Assembly: GCF_038025025.1 (NCBI RefSeq)
Contig: NW_027117340.1
Span: forward strand, 2,108,001 to 2,172,000
Origin: Phyllosticta citribraziliensis
Taxonomy: Eukaryota
Reading direction: 5' to 3'
DNA length: 64,000 nt
Position numbers and translations under genes: made by a program. The number at the start of each line of letters is the position of its first letter. Position 1 is the stretch's first letter. The notes beneath the pieces were generated by a model. That model did no database searches. It was not told the origin of the DNA and saw nothing but the letters and a program-made list of their open reading frames with translations. Positions 12,844 to 26,480 of the stretch are shown here, piece by piece.

Positions 12844-14548
12844 ATGTGCGTTGAGTCTGATGAGACGCTCAGCAACGCTGCCGAAGAGAAGAAATTGGTC
12901 CGAAAAATTGACCTGTACCTCCTCCCAACAATATGGCTCACCTACTGTCTGGCGTACATAGACAGAATCAAGTAAGCTTGGTCCAGCATCATACTGCTGC
13001 TAAATCTGACCGGGTGATGTCAGCATTGGCAATGCGAAGATCGCTGGCATGAACGATGATCTGAACCTCACGTCCAACCAGTACTCCATCTGCCTCGTGG
13101 TCTTCTTCGTCAGCTATGTCGTATTCGAGATCCCTTGCAATTTGATCCTCTCCCGCACACGCCCTTCGATCTTCCTGCCGACAATCATGTTCGTATGGGG
13201 TGCCATTACTTGCTGCATGGCGGCGGTTCACACCTTTTCGCACTTGGTTGCTCTGCGGTTCCTTCTAGGCATCGCCGAGGCTGGGTTTGCTCCTGGAGTT
13301 TTGCTGTTGCTTTCGTCTTGGTACAAGAAAAACGAGCAGTCGAAGCGTTTCGGCGTGTACATTTCAGCCGCGGTCTTGTCGGGCGCTTTTGGTGGCATCT
13401 TGGCTGGAGCCATCACAGAATCTCTGCACAAAGCCCATGGCATTACGGGCTGGCGTTGGCTTTTCGTGAGTCTTGCTGCCGGATCCGAACGCTCCTTGCT
13501 GACAGTTTTTCAGATTGTTGAAGGCGCTGCTACTTGCGGCGTAGCGATCATCTTCCGGTTTATCCTGTTGGATTTTCCAGCAACGACAAACAAGCTCTCA
13601 TCGGCCGAACGAGAACTGGCTCTCAGCCGCTTGGAAGACGACAAGGTCAACTCGATGAGACAAGACTCGGCGCATCTTTCTCCTCTGCAGGCGATCACCC
13701 TCGCAATGCAAAACTGGAAGACGTGGTTGCTCGCCGTCGGCTACATGGTGAGAATATGGATGCTCCCAAGCTGGCTGTTTAGGCTAGGCACTGACTGACC
13801 CCTGTCAAGGTAATTGTTGGATCATCAACGCTTTCGTATTTTTACCCCACACTCGTCAAGCAGCTGGGATACACCTCGTCTTCGACGGCTCAGTATATGG
13901 TTCGTTCGTCTAAATTCTACCAATCGGTTCGGGGGTCAACTTTACTTGAACCTACCATGTTAAACATCATGCGCTCTTCTCCCCGGTGCCCATCCAGACG
14001 CTGACCAAAGCGAAACATTGCAGGTCGTCCCCATTTACTGTGCATCGTTTGTCACGCTGCTCATTACAAGCATTCTCTGCGACCGCCGACCTGTTCTTCG
14101 CGCCCCAGCAATATCTCTGCTACTGCTGCTAAGCACCACCTGTGCTGTTACCGCTTCCGCCACAGCCGCCTCGACAGCACGCTACATCCTCCTCATTTTT
14201 CTCGCATGTGGTCTCTGGGCTGCCAACGGTCTCGCACTAGCTTTCGCAGCCAGTAGCTTTTCCGCACTTCCCCAGGATGTGCGCGGCGTCAGCTTGGCGT
14301 TTGTCAACTCGGCGGGGAATCTTGCCCAGATATACGGCGCCTACCTGTTCCCCGAGGAGGATGCGCCAAGGTATCTGAAAGGCTTTGTGGTTGTGTCAGC
14401 GCTCTGCGGACTGGGTATCTTTGTGTACGCTGTGGCGGGCGTGGCGCTGAAGAGGCCGCTGATGCTGGATGATGAGGCTTGCAGTCAACACAGTCGTAGG
14501 ACCGAGGTGTGGCAAGTGAGGAACAAGTGGAAGAGTTGGCATTTGTAG
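12844..14548 (+). CDS. MFS transporter, anion:cation symporter (Dal5/Tna1-like) family, 5 exons; start codon uncertain
   Basis: KLVRKIDLYLLP, IDRINIGNAKIAGM, RFLLGIAEAGFAPG and GWRWLFIVEG after splicing. Introns at about 12972-13023, 13466-13513, 13749-13809 and 13900-14023. Confidence 0.9.
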
Positions 14549-14786
14549 ATATGTGTAAAGATGTCAAAAAGTAAGTTTCGTTTACGTCGTCAAACTTTTC
14601 ATCGATGGTACGCGCTTTGTGCCTCTAGGATCGCGAAGATGACTCGGGACACAAATGGAAGGTGAAGACTTTGCGTGGAGTGTCAACTGGAAACTTCGTA
14701 TTGCTAGATTGAAGACGACGAAGTACTTCATAACAACGCCCAGAACCCATCCAGACCCAAACATCAACCATTCACCACCCCATAGC

Positions 14787-16679
14787 CTAAGCCCAATTGC
14801 CACCCTCGACGAGCGCCTTCAAAAACACGGCAACCGCATACGCGCCTGGGTCTGGCGGAGCATCCTCGCCCTCCTTGACCTTGCCCACATACGTTGCCCT
14901 GCCAAATCGAGGCTTCATGTGCTTGGTCTTGTCCGCACCTTCCTCCGCCGCACGCACAGCAGCCGCAACATCGCCCGATGCGCTCAACGTCTCAATGAAC
15001 GGAATCAAGGTATCCATGACTGTGCGATCGCCGAACCGCGCGCCGGTGTACGCATACAGATTCTCCAGCGCGCCGAGAGCCGTCGCTCCAACGCTCTCTG
15101 GCGACACTTGGAACGATGACCCTTCGCTGGCGGCGGCTCGGTTGAGGTTTCCCGTAAAAGCCGTTAGCAGGATACTGAGGATGGCACCGAGCGACCCGCC
15201 CACATCCTCGACAGCGCCGTTGACGGCTTCGAGCGCGTCCAGCAGCGGCGGCGTCGCTGTGTTGAAGGGAGGTGAGGATATGAGGTTGAGGATATTCTGG
15301 CTGACGCCCGCTACGGCTTCGCCGCAATCGCCATCGCCCATCAGCAAGTCGTACTTGGTGATGTCGGGCTCAGCGGCAAGAGCAGCGTTGCAGGCGTTTT
15401 TGAGTGCTGGAACAAAGGATGGTGCAGCCGCTGGTCCTGCAGATTTGTGTGCACCATTTACAGCGTTGGCTTTGAGCTTTTCCCTCCTTTCCGCGCTCTC
15501 TTTCGAGTGCTGCGCTGGGTTGTAGCCGTTGTGCGGCCACGCTTGCGCCGTTGTGGGAGCATCGAGCAGTTTGACGATGTCGGCCACTGGACGATTCACT
15601 GCCTTGGCGAGGCCGGAAAGATTGCCCAATGTCAGAGAAAAGCCAGGACCATTTAGTGACGTCTCAAAGGTGCCGGAAAATATGCGGCTCGGCTTGATCT
15701 TCCAATCCTTCTCGAGCTGCTCCAGAGCGATTTGCGTAAGGGCCTCTAGCTCCAGAACGGATACACCACCAAAGTTGTTGATGAGGAGGCAGATCTCATC
15801 CTTCGGGTCAAATTTGACGTACGCCCTATCAGAATCGTTGGGGTCAAGAGCGTAGAGCAACATCTCGTTGATCAAATCTGGCGGCGAAGGCATTGGCGAT
15901 ATTGATCGAAGGCCCTGGAACTGGTGAGCAACATTCCACTTTCATTCCTTTCGGACTCACTGGTTCATTGTGGATGCCCATTCCAACAACGCACGTGTTC
16001 TCGGGTATCCTCTCGAATGCTGTCCTTCCAAGCACATGGCAGTGGTCCAAACTCGTGCCAATGGTTGCAAGGTACTCATTCACTGCGGTTCCCAGAGCCA
16101 GACAGTCCTCAAAGCTCCACAATTCTTCAGCCGCAGCACCGAGAAGCTTCAACACTGCCAAGAATCAGCATCGGGACGTGACCAGGTAGCTGGGCGGGTT
16201 GGCTTACACAACAGGTTTCCTGCAAGCCCTCTTCTCCCAACAAGCTCCGTCTGTTTCCTGCCCAGCGCAACGTCCTCTGCCATGGGTATCTGGGCAATCT
16301 TCTGTCCCGCGGCGTGCGCTTTTTCCCTCGCAAGACCAAAGTGCAACCTGTCACCGGTATAGTTCGTGATGCAGAGGATCACGCCTGCATCTGAGGGCAC
16401 GTGTCCAATTCCAGCCATGATCTGCTTGGTAGAGGGGCTGGCAAAGACGTCGCCAGAGACTGATGCCGCGAGCATGCCATCGCCAACGTAGCCTGCCCAT
16501 GCCGGTTCGTGGCCGCTTCCTCCTCCTGAAATAACAGAAACTTTGGAAGGCGGGTGCGATTTTGAAAAGACGACGCGGTTGGTCTCGTCGTGCTCCAGGT
16601 GCGGGTTCCGCGCTACCATGGAGTTGAGCGCCTTTACGACGATGCCATGGCTGTCTGGGAAAAAATGTTTTGTGCTCAT
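14787..16679 (-). CDS. DAK1: Dihydroxyacetone kinase family protein (fused DhaK + DhaL), 3 exons
   Basis: SGGGSGHEPAWAGYVG, VFASPS, NYTGDRLHFGLA, GMGIHNEPG, MGDGDCG, GDRTVMDTL, FGRATYVG and PDPGA motifs. Confidence 0.95.
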
Positions 16680-17420
16680 TTTGAGATCGGCTGGGGAGAA
16701 AAAGGGCTGTTTGCTGGCGCAAGAAGTGACTCGACCCAGCTGTATTTGAAGCGCAGTATCGTGTCCAGAACGAGAGTGGATAGATCAAAGCGGGAAACCG
16801 CTTTCGGCGCGTCGTCAATCGCGCGTCACTGTCCATTTGACTTGATGCTTAGCACGTCGCGAGGGCTAATTGGCCACTATTCCGGGTCCCCGCAAACAAA
16901 AAAGGAGGGGTAGGTCTGGGGGACGGACTGCCGCATTGGTCGGGAGTTTGTGGTTGTTGCCGGGTTGCCCAAAGAGGAAATCCGCGATGGTCTGCTGGAG
17001 GGAAGGTCAGCGGAAAGAGTTCGGATCCGGACACAGCAGATCCACGTGCCTCGTCAATCTCTGCGGCGAGCGAAAAGTCCAAGGTTCGGTTACCAGATCC
17101 ACCGCCACGGGAGCGCGACGGCTGTGTAGGGCCCAGTCCAGCCTTGCATCAATGGCTGCGCGGGAAAACCCCCTGACGACCCCCCATCACGTGACCTTTT
17201 CCCGCTCGCCCCCGTGTCGACAGGCCGCGGTCCACAGTCGTCGCATCCCCGTCTCGCGTCCCCCCGTCTGTCCCGCGCGGGCTGGGCTGGGCTGGGCTAG
17301 AGCGGTCGCGCAAACAGCCGGCCGCACGTGTGGCAACTGGATTGTTGCGCTGTTGCGGGTACCTGACGGAGCGCTCATCCCATCGCGGCGTCCAGCTCAG
17401 CAGGGCAAGGCCTCGAAACG

Positions 17421-19911
17421 ATGCTTGGGACACCATCATTGACCGGCGATTCCCCGTCCAACGTGCCTGCTCAAGACGATCCCACGACAGCTCAAGCACA
17501 AGCACCGCCAAAGCGCAAGCCGCGCAAGTCTCGCGGTCGGGGGTTGCGGACGACGACTGGATGGTAAGTGGGGAGCTGACGGCTCTGTCGACGCGCACAA
17601 AGAGGCTCAATCACTGCTTATAGCACGACGTGTCGCAACCGACACATTAAATGCGACGAAGAGAAACCGGTTTGTGGGCCCTGTGCCAAAGGAAACCGCC
17701 CCTGCGTCTACAACGCCCCAACCAAGGTAACTATCCCCTGCCGTTGTTCTTTTTTTTGCCCTCGCACATGTCGCGTGCGTGCAACCAACCGCCATTGTGT
17801 GCAACCACATAGGGCTGAGCTGCAGCCGGCTTCATGTTGATCTTCAGTCGGCACCCATGATTCATGATTATCAGACCACTGGACATGGTCCTGCTGCTGA
17901 AGTGGTCGGCGAATGAATGCTCAACCATTACATGTACCAACCCTCTTTGTTTACATCTGGCAGGCCACTGGCGGGAGCCCCACGAGCAGCCGCAGCAGCC
18001 AGGCCCCTCCTATCCTACCCCCACAGCAAGACCAGTTTCGATTACCCTCTGTCCAAGCCCTCCAAGCTTTCCCGCAGTCCCCGGAACTCCATGGCCACGC
18101 CGCTCAGACCCAGAGGGCTTCTCTTCCCGCCCCGACGCAGATCCGCTGGGGTGCTGCATCTGTAGAGCCATCAGGCATCAGGGAAGGACAACTTCCCGAA
18201 ACCACTCCCTCCCACCACGTCTCCCCGCCATTGCCATGGAGCACTCCGCAAGAGGAGATCACCTCTCCACAGTCTACTCTAAGTTCCAACCCGTATCCTG
18301 CTGAGATCGCCCCTCTCCGCTGGTTCGGACTTCTTGCCGACGACGCGGATAATCTTAACCGGCTCGACTTTGCTCAGAGCCTCGGGGGGCAAGGAGCTCC
18401 CAAGCCACCGGACGAGTCGGGCACCACAACTCTGCGTCTGTCCAGTTACGGTACCCAAGGTTTCCATAGTCCATCCTTTCCTGTCGGCGCTCCAGCTTCC
18501 ACCTCCTACTCTCAACGGTACCCGTCAACATCAGGAAATCCAGCAGAGACCCCCCAGTATGCGGCTGAACGACAACACTGGCAAAGCTCCGTGGCCCTCA
18601 GCGACCACGAGCTGCCAATTTTCAAACATTTCGTCGAATGTCTGAGCATTTGGCTCGACCTCTTTGATCCTCTACGCCACTTTTCCACCTTTGTCCCTCA
18701 ACTGGCCATGAAGAACGAAGGCCTGATGAAGGCCATATTGGCTCTATCCTCCAGACATTTGTCCATACGCCCCGGCACAGCAGGAGAGTCACTGGACCGT
18801 ACCGCCGCTGTGCAGTACTATTCCGAATCCCTACAGTACCTTCAAGGTGCCATGCGCTACGATTCCTTCAACCGCAGCCTCGAGCTGCTCGCCACCGCCA
18901 TCACCATCTCCACCTACGAGATGATTGACGGCGCGGGCTCTGGCTGGGAAAGGCATCTCAAAGGCGTCTTTTGGATCCAGCGATCCCAGGACATCAATGG
19001 GCAGTCTGGCGGCCTCAAGCAAGCCGTGTGGTGGTGTTGGCTGCGACAGGACGTGTGGGCAGCCTTTAGGGAACGCCGCCGATGCTTCAGCTTCTACAAA
19101 CCTACCCGGCCATACCAACTGATGGACCACTTCGATATCGCTTCGCGTGCCATCTACCTGTTGGCACAGTGTGTGAATTATGCGTCAGAGGAAGAGACGA
19201 AGATGGGCGAGGTGAACCTGCAGTTGCGAATAGAGCGAGCGGGGACGCTGTTCAACATGCTGGATGAATGGCGCGCCAACTTGACTGTGCACTTCAACCC
19301 TTTGCCTCTCATGGGCGCTGTCACCGAGACAGCAGGGCCTTTTCGGCCAATCTGGATCAATCCGCCTGGCTTTGGTAAGTCTATTTTCAGAGATCGTGTT
19401 GTACTTACTTTGCCATTGTTTGTACCTGTACCGCAAGACCCCCTATACCCTCCAAAGAAATTGACCATGTCTGCGATCGTCCCTCTCCGCTGTGCTTTCT
19501 CTCGTCCTCTACAGGACCCCATTGGCTGACCTCTTCACAGCTGCGGCACTCCAGATGCACAATTTCGCGCGGATTCTTCTCCTTGTCCACCAGCCCGCCG
19601 CTGGGGGTTACCGTGAGTACATGACGAGGGACGCCGCGCTGCAATCCGCCATAGACACGATAGGCGGCGTGGCCACTGTCCTGGATGCGCAGCCCGGCTC
19701 GGTCCACTCCAAGGGCGCGTCGAATGAGGCCGACGGGGCGGCCGTTGTCAGTACCCAATGCCTTTACGCTGCGGGACTCTATGTCAATGATGATGGAAAG
19801 AGACAGGAGATATGTAGATTGATTGAAAGGCACCAGGAAAAGACGAGATGGCCGGTGCAAAGTCTGGCGGACGAGTTGAAGTCGGAGTGGGCAAGAGGTC
19901 GCCCACCCTGA
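17421..19911 (+). CDS. Zn(II)2Cys6 transcription factor with Fungal_trans_2-type C-terminal domain, 4 exons
   Basis: ATG 17421; intron 17564-17623 gives [31 protein letters not shown]. Introns at about 17728-17962 and 19375-19540. WLDLFDPLRHF, WERHLKG and WLRQDVWAAF blocks. Confidence 0.9.
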
Positions 19912-20899
19912 GAGAGGTGCCCCTGGGTCGTCGTAATACGGAAGGAGTTTGGCTCAATTTTCGGGGGAAAGCGCTTTGGAGGCTACCAGACGCCGCAGAG
20001 ATCTTGATCTCATCGGCTCTGGACACATTATTTGCAGCGTTGAGGAACGGACTCGGGTTCGGATTCGGGCATGTCTCCCGGCTCTGGCCTCTTCTCATCT
20101 GCCGAAGAGGCTCACCTTGCCCAAGGTGAACACGGCGGAAAAGATGCGGTCCAATTATTGAGCGACGGAGGAATCCTCCACGTGCCTCGAAGTTGATGGC
20201 AGGGCGCAATTTTGAGGTCCTCGTGCTTGAAAACCCCATGGCGTACTTGGGAGATGGATTCGTGGTCCGCGAGGCCAATTTGGGCGCTTGGGCGATCAGT
20301 AAACAGTCGCAATCATACTGTGCTTCTGGTTGTCACGCACCTTCGGAATAGGCATCGACTACTCGGTGATGTGCACCTGACAAACAGCGATAATTGAGCT
20401 CTCATTCGAGATGGCCAGCACATGCGACCAAGCTAATCAGGAGAAGCCGTGGAGTATTCCAAAACCGACATCAGCACTAAGGTAGCTCCTCTCTGCAATT
20501 TCATGCGACCTCGCCTCATGAGACAGATTGCATGGAGACATGTTTCGACGGGGACACCAGTCGGAGAATTTCTGGAGACTTTTGGACTAGCCCTTCGACC
20601 TGCTACCACCAAGTTCAGTCATGGAAAGTCCGCATCGAGGGTTGTGACAGCTTGCCAGAAACAGCTGCGGCCCTGGCCTTCCGAAACGACGGACAGTGCC
20701 GCGTTTCCTTTTCTTCACTTGACCATGGCTTATGCTGCTGACACGTCCGATTTGGGGCGACTCTGAAAGCCTCGGAAAAGCGGCAGGTGGTGAGTGTGCC
20801 GGTGCTGCCGTGGTGTTGCGCGACAGGAACCCAAAGTGAGATTGGACGCCAAGGACAAACGAGCCTTGCGGAATCAAACTACCAAGCGCAATCCTCATC

Positions 20900-22990
20900 G
20901 CAGTGATGGAGTATCTCCGCGGCTGAAGCCTCCTTCACAATGGTGAAATCCATCTGTGGAGGTGGAGGTGATGCAGACCCCATCTGGGCGTTGCTCGGTT
21001 CCTGTTTGGGCTGGCGTGTGGTGTGTGGTGCGAGAGGCAGATAGACGGGCATTCGTTTCGATACCCGCTCGCTCCTCCTGGCCTACTAGGGACTCCTGAG
21101 TCACATCTACCTTCCCAGGACCAGGACCTTTCGACAGGCGGATGTCGTTATCCAGCTCCCTTGGATGGAGGCTTGCTGGTATTTACAAGACCTTGTGTTC
21201 TTTGTCACGCGGGTATTCTGCTTACTTGCTTTCCTGGGGCATCCAATGGCCTCTAGGCATTCAAGCTGATTTGTTCAATCCACTTCCAGCTGCATTCAAC
21301 TCGCTTCCGGAAAACTTCCTGTTGAACGGCTTCTTCGAGACAAGTTGAGTGCAGTCATCACGCTGATATTGCACGCGATCTTTTGAAAAGCATCCCTTCA
21401 ACTTCAGAGTGCATCAGCTTGGAGAGTCCATCCATCCACCGAGGCAGCCTCTTCCCCTTCTTTGACGTCCTCAATCGGATCCCTCGGCCATCTCCAGGAC
21501 CGGCAACGCGATGGCAACTCCTCTTAGTCCCAACACTAGTCCCTTAAGACGCCAGAAGACAAGAGACGCAACCTTTGACGAGGCAGTGCATCTTTGGCAC
21601 CTGCAGCGCCGTTCCCAATTGATGCTGGAACAGTCTATCCGACCCTCGCCAACCCAGATGCAGAGTATAACATTCTGAGTTCAAGTGGGAAGGGAGAGAG
21701 TCCGCGGGCCGTCGCAATTGAAAAGATCTCTCATCGCAGACAATCTGTCACGCTGCTTCATACAAAGCGCAAGTTTGACGGGCTCCAGATTTGGACCGTC
21801 CATCCAAGAAGCTCCTGGCGTTCTTCTCTGCGGTTTTCGAACGACCGCACCCCACCACCAAAGAAGAGGCCGTCAAGCAATCGTCTCCTACTCCGGTAAG
21901 CAAGATGCTCTTTCTGAGACCCCTGAAATCGATCATGGTCTGCCCTATCACTACTGTTTCCAGCGGCGACCAGAGTATACTCACAAGCTGCCACTCTACC
22001 TCTACCTCTACCTACTTGTCCGGGTCGATGGCCCTCGAGGCCAACATAGATCTTGCTTCGCCGAGCGAGGAGCATTTCGCCGCCAGGGATTGAGAGAAAT
22101 CCTCTCCAGAAGTTCGCATACATTCCAAGATTCGAATCGTCTCCGGTCCCAACGACTCACTCCCTCGCCCAGGGAATATCGGAGAAACCACTGCAGTGGG
22201 GTCGAAAGACTTTCTGGGTCTACCCGCAGCCGTGGACAACGGCTCTGTAGATACACCTGTGGTAGCGGAACATAGCTTATAAGCGCAACTGGCCGTAGAC
22301 GACCGCTCCCAAGCTTCATCCACATCAGTGAATGAATGCTCCCCAGACGCAGCCGTAGTGCCAGAAGATCTTATTCTTTGGATTCTCACTGTCCTATGAG
22401 CCGAGAAGGAGCAGTCGAGTATACGACGATACGCCAGAGCGAATACGGACAGCTCGTCGGAACCACGAATTCCGGGGGACCCAGTTGTCTCGCATTCTGC
22501 AATCAGGGGACACTCAATGTTTACCGTTCGAGGTTTCGTCCGAGTTGGATCAATTGTCTCCTGAAATGACGAAAGAACGTACTGTGTCACTCAGAAGAGT
22601 CCTTCAACTGCTAGCGCTTTGACGGGGCCATTTGTGCGAGGTCCGAGCAGTGGCTCTTTGACGTTGAAATGGTGCCCCTGACAGTAAAAGAACAGTCCTT
22701 GTCTAGTATCGAACAAGCGCGTTGCTCTTCGACGCCGTCTATCCTATTCCAACCGACTTGACCGTCCTCCGAGACAGCGCAGCGAGCTTTACAAATACTT
22801 CGTCGAAGATTTCGGACACAGAACGACAGAATCCCTTCGATAATTTGTCACGTACTAGCAAGGCTCTCTCCTGGCTCATACCATTACATATTCTCGGAAA
22901 TTAGGGGAGGATATGAACCGCCGCGGAGAAGTTGTCCCATAGCAACTTGGAACTCATGGACTGGATTCAAATCGATCAAGCTTGACAAAG
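20900..22990 (+). pseudogene. Possible decayed low-complexity gene of unknown family
   Basis: A protein-like S/P-rich frame from 21791 continues past isolated stops (TGA 22091, TAA about 22280, TGA about 22397). Frameshifted fragments lie upstream. No family motif recognised. Confidence 0.3.
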
Positions 22991-24506
22991 CCCCCTCGAC
23001 CTAGGTACCTCGGCCCGCACAGCGAGACATTACTGCTTACGAGAATTTTGAGAAAGTTTGATAAACGACCATATTTGTACCTGTTCATTTCAGGCCACAA
23101 TGAGACTAATCGCTGTGCTTATCCCATTTCGGACTTGGTTTTTTTTCCTTTTTTTTTTTTTCTTTTTCAAGAATACACCCCCTTCCATGTCTACAAAATG
23201 GCGAAAAGTTCAGGAAACTCACGGGCGGAGCTATGACTACTGAGAAACAAGGAAGTCGGGGGGCTAGTTGATCAAACCATATGAAAAGAGGCGCCTTTCG
23301 CAATAAAGCATGCAAAGGTCACGCAAATTTGCCCTTCCTGACCACGAAGAGTCCACAGCCAGACGCGTCATCAGTGAAAGTGAAAGCGAAAGCGAAAACT
23401 TGTAACCATCAACTTTTCGGCAAGCGAACATGAAACAGGCACGGATCTGTTACCACAGCACAGTTAACCACATTCCCTAGCATTTGTATTCAAACCGAGG
23501 CTCACGAAAAAGGCGTGGGATGCTTTTACTTGATAGGCCAAATGAACATCCAATGAGAGGCTCTCCCAAACAAGGCGCAGAGAAACAAACAAGCTCAGCC
23601 AAAAAGACTTGGCTGTCAGCCGGTGCAAACACAAAGGCCGTCAGCTCCATGCCGTCGGTTGTGCTTAGCCCGCTGTGCTGGTATCCCAGCTTGTCGTAAT
23701 TCTGTTTGTGCCTTGGGATTTTTTGACGATTCAATTGGGTTGACGTCTGCAAGCACCCTCCCGCGGCGGCATCGACTGCTCCTCCAGCTCTGTCTTTTGC
23801 GGCAGCAATGCAACCCGCGCCAGTGGCAGAACTGAAAATATGACGTACAAGAAGGCCTCTTTTGCCGTCCGAGTTTGAGTTCCAAGCCGTCGGTGCCCCC
23901 CCATTGCGCCCTTCGGCGCGCATGGCATCAACTGCTCTGAGCACCACCAGCTGTTGGTCACAATAAACTTCCCCAAGTGGCCTCATATAGACTTCAGTTC
24001 CCGCGGCGGGCACGACGGCGGCGGGCTGCCGTGCCGGCATTCTTCCCGGCCCAATCATCAGTTTCGTGGGGCCGTCTGCTGCTTACGGAAGCTCGGTGCG
24101 AGATGCAGAGGATAGTGCATGGATGGTGGGCGGTGGAGTGGTTGTCTATAACTGACTAACGAGGTGTGACTAGAGGGGCTGGCATGGATGACGGGACAGG
24201 GCCTCGAGTTGACCTATGTAGTGGTACCATGCAATGCCGTGTGTTGATGCGGCTAGCCACGCTACTGCGTGGATGGCGAGCAGATAACAGTCCACGGGGC
24301 CGGGAATATGTCGTCAGAGCCGATAAGCAAGTGAGCCAGAGAGGGACATGGAGACAAGGAACCGAAGTGTCGAAGACGGGACCGACTACCGGTGCGCGTC
24401 TTCTCTCCCGCGTCGCGTCGCTCGCGTGCCAGATTGACAACCTTCAACCTCATCTTTTCATCCTGGTTCCCGTCACAAACTCTTTCGTAATCCGTCAGCC
24501 GCGAAC

Positions 24507-25873
24507 ATGCTTTTGGCTCTTCCGAGCCAAGTGCTTAGCCAATATGCTTCAGCAGCGACACTTCTTTCAGTCACCGCCTTACTGTTCTTGATCGCCGATG
24601 CGATATGGAAGCGCTCTGCCCAAAGGTCGTCATTCGCTTCCACTGGTGGGACGAGTGTCGGAAAAACGTCCTCCTTCTACGGTGCTCGTGACGCTGCTCC
24701 CATCGATGTGACGCAAACAACGCCGTACAAGTCGGCTTCCTTTGACCCTACCACCGAAAAACCAGAACAATGGTGGCTCGACGATTACATCTCGGACCGC
24801 GTGTACGCGACAACGATGGCCCTCCGGTCACTTCCACCCCATGACTGGCTCCGCATCGATAGCAACTACGCGGCGCGTATGGCGCACAAACGCAATGTTC
24901 TCGAAGCCTCCTCATCAGGCACCCTAGGCTATGAAGCGCTATGTTGCGAAGAAGGCGGCGCTGAAGCGTGCGAAGAGTTGCTTGGTCTACTTGTCGAGTA
25001 TTTGCCACGGCGATTTCCAAGAATTTGGACTCTGGAGCAACAAGAAGGACAGAGGCGCATGAAAAATTTGTCAACAGGAGAGACATCCCTGGTGGATAGA
25101 CCATACGGGGGAAGGAGTGCGCTCGAAGTGATCGGCAGGATAACGGAAGAAGATCTTGCGATCTTGCTTCCTGGTGGTGAAGGGAAGAGTGCCGACGGTC
25201 TAGAGCAGGAATATGTGTTGAAAGCTGCGGTCTCGGCTTTCCCGGCTGGGTTCGACATCAAGGAGAAGATGAACCAGCCCCTTACATCTATCCATGATCC
25301 GGTGCCTGCGTACAAGGAGCGGCTGAGAAAGGCCATGAATAAGTGAGCGTCATGTTAAGCGATGTTTACATCGGGCTAATCAGTGGCGCAGGTTCTTCAG
25401 CAACTTTGGTCCAGACAAGCTGATGATGAGGGTCAATTGGTCGATCAACGACAAAGAAGAATTCTTTCTCGTCGACGGAGGTCACCTTTACGAAGGTGAC
25501 GACGGCATCGTAGATGAGAGCGTCGACATCAACCAGGTCCATTTGCGAATCGAGCGACAGGTCCTGCGGAGACTGCCTAAGACTGGTGCGATGTGCATGT
25601 TGACCAAGACGTAAGTGACAATCCCAGAGGCAAAGCTGCCCAGCGTAGTAGACTGAGAGCCGCCGCAGTTATTTGCATCGCCTTGTCGACATTGCCGAGT
25701 ATCCAGGCTTTGCGGCGAGATTAGGAGGGCTTCTGCACAAGCTTCCTGAGAAGCTCGCTTTTTACAAAAGAAGGCCTGTTTGGGGGAAAGTTGTTCTGCA
25801 GTATCTGGACGAAATGGCCCAAAGGCATCCTCAGGTCTCCGGTCCACAGCACAGCGGGAGTCAAAAAGAATGA
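24507..25873 (+). CDS. DUF3445 (heme-dependent oxidative N-demethylase alpha-like / HRQ-family) protein with N-terminal membrane anchor, 3 exons
   Basis: DWLRIDSNY, LVEYLPRRFP, EEDLAIL, FPAGF..K..QPLTSIHDPVP, RVNWSI and LRIERQVLRRLPKTGA..TKTY. Introns at about 25343-25391 and 25610-25668. Confidence 0.85.
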
Positions 25874-26480
25874 GACTCCAGGTCTAGCTGCAGCAACAGA
25901 CCACAGCTCCCTAAGCGCATCTGTGCTGGCGGACTACTACTCCTTGTTGGGCGTCACAGTGGAAGTAGATGACTGCTCCCTAGGCGCAGCTACGGCAGTG
26001 AACGATAATTCCAGGTGACGATTCCCATGTGGCAAACCTCGCGCAACACGTATCTCCGACGTTAGAACCTCAGATGCTCGTCTTAAGACCGTCTTACATT
26101 GTGGCTTGCTCCGAGGTGGATTTTCCCATGGTGCGGAATGCACAGGGTGGTGTTTGTGTCGCCGACGTCGATCTGAAGCCAACCAGTGCCGGATTGCCAG
26201 CGCATCGGTCCAAAGGCAGAAAGCCGACCGCGCAGAGGTTTCTAGATGTAGTTGCAGCCCGTGTCTTGATCCATGCCGGGAACGGAGCAGCCGAATCGGT
26301 TGGGTAATGGATGGCCCGAAGATTCGCGCAGGGGGTCGTGATAACCGGCCCCGGACTCATCCCCCACCTCTGTAAGCCTTAACATCAGCAGAACCACTTT
26401 GAAAGTTGAGATTGCATAACCCACTATCGTTTGACATTGCAGACGTGTTCGAACGCTTCCAGGGATTACCATCACCACCA

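Noticed and set aside
23477..24591. 193-aa and 141-aa ORFs upstream of the DUF3445 gene
   Set aside because: Non-ATG starts, no motifs, promoter-like context.
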